Assembly: GCA_964396385.1 (NCBI GenBank)
Contig: CAYNFH010000005.1
Coordinates: 1 to 63,590 of the forward strand
Source of the DNA: an uncultured Chthonomonadaceae bacterium
GTDB lineage: Bacteria; Armatimonadota; Chthonomonadetes; Chthonomonadales; CAJBBX01
DNA length: 63,590 nucleotides
Direction of reading: 5' to 3'
The translations under genes were made by a program, and so were the position numbers. Below the pieces are notes generated by a model, which was not told the DNA's origin, did not search any database, and was given only the letters and a program-made list of their open reading frames with translations. Shown one piece after another: positions 61,788-63,590 of the stretch (positions are counted from its first letter, which is position 1; every line of letters begins with the position of its first letter).

Positions 61788-62849
61788 CTAGCCGGCGCTT
61801 GCGCCGCGCGCCAGATCCCGCAGCCGCTTCCGCGCGGCTGCATCGTTCGGATCCGAGGTCAGCCGGATCCGAAGCGCATCGAGCGTACGCTGGTACTGCC
61901 GTGCCGCCTCGAACCGGCGCCGCACCCTGGCGCTCTCCCGCGCCTGTCCGGTCGCGGCCAGCGCTAAGCTGAGCCGATACAGAGCATCCGTGAAACCGGG
62001 GTTGCGCCTGGATGCTTCTTTGAAAGCTTCTACCGCTTCAGAGCTTCGGCCCTGCTGGGTCAGGAGCAGTCCTCGGTAGTACGGGACCAGCGGCGAGTGC
62101 GGCCGAAGGCGGTCGGCCTGTGCTAGCGCCGCTTTCGCCCTGAGCGCCTCCTCCGGCGTGTGCGCGGTTCTGGCCCGGGTCCCGGCCAGGAGCAGCCAGG
62201 CCCGGCCGTTATCCGGCTGCCGCTCCACCGCCCGCGACATCAGCCGTTCCGCGTCATCGGCGCGGCCTTCAATATCTGCCAGGTAGCCCCGTGCGCACAG
62301 CGCAGTGCCCGAGCCGGATTCGGCCAGCCGCAGTGCCAGGGTGTTCGCCTCGGCCGTATTATGCTCGTCCGCCAGCAGGCAGACCAGCATTGCTCGCCCC
62401 GCCGTGTTGCTCCCGTCCAGCTTCAAGGCCTCCCGCAGCGCATTCTCCGCCGGACCGCGGCTGCCCAGGGCGTAGTACACTTCGCCCAGCGCGGCGTGCG
62501 CCTCCGCGGACCCCGGCTCCAGCCGCACGGCCTCCAGCGCCGGAGCGAGCGCGTCCGCCGGCATGTCGGACTGGAGCAGCGCCCGGGCCTGCGCGATCTT
62601 GGCACAACCGCCCGTGCCGGCCCCGTAGACCTCCGCCGCCGCGTCCGACTTTCCCTCCGCAAGCAGTCTCTGTCCCAGCTCCCGTCGCGCCTCCGCATCT
62701 TCCGGATGGGAGAGAGTCCGCGCCATCAGGTCGCCGGAACTCATCCTCTCAAGCCGCCACCTCCGCCCGCCCGGTGTGCCATACACGCACCAGAGCCCAA
62801 CCAGCACAAAGAACACGGGCGATATCAACCAACGCAGCCGGCCTTTCAC
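61788..62849 (-). CDS. membrane-anchored TPR-repeat protein, cassette 3
   Basis: TM segment WLISPVFFVLVGLWCVYG followed by TPR units. I place the start at GTG 62849, overlapping the upstream TGA (GTGA). The track start 63032 would overlap the CRTAC1 gene by 186 nt. Confidence 0.7.
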   Translation of the reverse strand: MKGRLRWLISPVFFVLVGLWCVYGTPGGRRWRLERMSSGDLMARTLSHPEDAEARRELGQRLLAEGKSDAAAEVYGAGTGGCAKIAQARALLQSDMPADALAPALEAVRLEPGSAEAHAALGEVYYALGSRGPAENALREALKLDGSNTAGRAMLVCLLADEHNTAEANTLALRLAESGSGTALCARGYLADIEGRADDAERLMSRAVERQPDNGRAWLLLAGTRARTAHTPEEALRAKAALAQADRLRPHSPLVPYYRGLLLTQQGRSSEAVEAFKEASRRNPGFTDALYRLSLALAATGQARESARVRRRFEAARQYQRTLDALRIRLTSDPNDAAARKRLRDLARGASAG

Positions 62850-63590
62850 CTCCCGCTCCCTTGCCGGCGCGTCGGCCCGCTCTCCTTCAGCGCCACATAC
62901 CGATCCATGCCCGGCCGTTCCACCACCGTCGTGCCGCCGCCGGGCCACCGGACAGTCAGCCTCGTCACCGCGCTTGCCGCCCCCAGCCCAAAGTGCACGC
63001 GAGGGTCGCACGCGGAGAGATAGCTGCGGCACGTCTGCGACTCCCCCACGAATCGTCTCCCGCCGGCCTCCACTGTCACGCGCGCCCCGATGGCGTCGCG
63101 CCCGGCATTCCGGCTGATGAGCCGCACGCCAAGCCAGTGGTACACCCCGCCTTGCTCGTTGTGCAGCAGCTCCGGCGTGCCCTCCAGGTTCGCCACCACC
63201 GCGTCCATCCGGCCGTCACCATCGTAGTCACACACGGCGAGCGCCCTCCCCACGATTGGCCGTGTGAGCGCGGGTCCCCCTTCGGCGGTGGCGTCCACAA
63301 AGTGGCTGCCGAGGTTGTGGAAAAGCTGCATCGGCTGGGCGTACTCGGTAGGTGGGTGGATCTGGTGCACCGTGTCCTGGACGTGGCCATCCGCGAAGAG
63401 CAGGTCCGGCAGCCCGTCGTTATCGTAGTCCAGGAAAGCGGCCCCAAACGCCAGCCGGTTGCGGGACGCGTCCCCGATGCCGGCTGTGAAGCTCGCGTAG
63501 CCAAACGTGCCCTGGTCCGTGTTTCGGTAGAGGCTGTCAGGCTCGTCCTGGAAGGTGGCGACTACCAGGTCCAGCCGTCCGTCGCCATCG
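62846..63590 (-). CDS. CRTAC1-family protein, C-terminal part (5' end beyond right edge), cassette 3
   Basis: My translation stays open to the window edge: DGDGRLDLVVATFQDEPDSLYRN...LDYDNDGLPDLLFADGHVQDTVHQIHPPTEY...CDYDGDGRMDAVVANLEG...LSACDPRVHFGLGAASAVTRLTVRWPGGGTT. Confidence 0.8.
   Translation of the reverse strand, partial: DGDGRLDLVVATFQDEPDSLYRNTDQGTFGYASFTAGIGDASRNRLAFGAAFLDYDNDGLPDLLFADGHVQDTVHQIHPPTEYAQPMQLFHNLGSHFVDATAEGGPALTRPIVGRALAVCDYDGDGRMDAVVANLEGTPELLHNEQGGVYHWLGVRLISRNAGRDAIGARVTVEAGGRRFVGESQTCRSYLSACDPRVHFGLGAASAVTRLTVRWPGGGTTVVERPGMDRYVALKESGPTRRQGSGR

Noticed and set aside
1-63590. Search for tRNA, rRNA, tmRNA, transposase, integrase or phage genes.
   Set aside because: I found no cloverleaf-like sequence and no ORF with DDE, tyrosine-recombinase or serine-recombinase signatures. 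This was a by-eye search only, so tRNAscan or Infernal should confirm it.

Overview
This is a 63.6 kb high-GC window (roughly two-thirds G+C by eye), densely coding with about 50 genes. I saw no rRNA, tRNA, CRISPR array, transposase or integrase. All calls come from reading the supplied translations plus my own hand translation and hand folding. No database search was run.

The gene content suggests a diderm, soil-type bacterium, possibly Armatimonadota-like. That guess has low confidence. It rests on pseudopilins with [33 protein letters not shown] and an H-X9-DG motif, an SLH-anchored outer-membrane porin, and many TPR plus CRTAC1/ASPIC-UnbV pairs.

Main blocks, left to right:
- Phosphoketolase 5' end, on the minus strand and missing from the ORF track.
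- An AhpD-like protein interrupted by an in-frame TGA exactly at the second Cys of its CxxC motif (probable selenoprotein), convergent with a monothiol TlpA-like redoxin.
- A secreted clan GH-A glycosidase, a Kelch protein and a SAM methyltransferase.
- An Ada-AlkA fusion plus Ogt.
- Three TPR/CRTAC1 cassettes.
- Two LacI / H-X9-DG pseudopilin / small envelope protein modules.
- A c-di-GMP locus: PilZ, an HD-GYP-GAF-GGDEF hybrid and a GGDEF protein.
- Two tripartite RND efflux operons in the order OMF-RND-MFP, one behind an ECF sigma/anti-sigma pair and one behind an OmpR-type two-component system.
- The SLH porin, a RibD_C-like reductase plus FolE, and several sugar and redox enzymes.
- A small-protein / retropepsin-like / GH42 / GNAT operon.
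- A PAS-GAF-HisKA_2 kinase and a divergent pair of GH127/DUF1680-like genes.

The most unusual signal is not a gene. Almost every intergenic gap carries a palindromic element. Each is built from tandem 7-8 nt units (GGTGAKN, GGATGAR, GACGGNN, NNTTTTC, GGAGTNNN, GTGTTCAG) and usually arranged as inverted arrays around a shared CCGGAATCCGGA-like core. Arms are swapped between copies. Several copies supply start or stop codons of flanking genes. One copy sits in frame inside the GH42 beta-galactosidase.

Start codons are frequently uncertain, and alternatives are given in the feature evidence.
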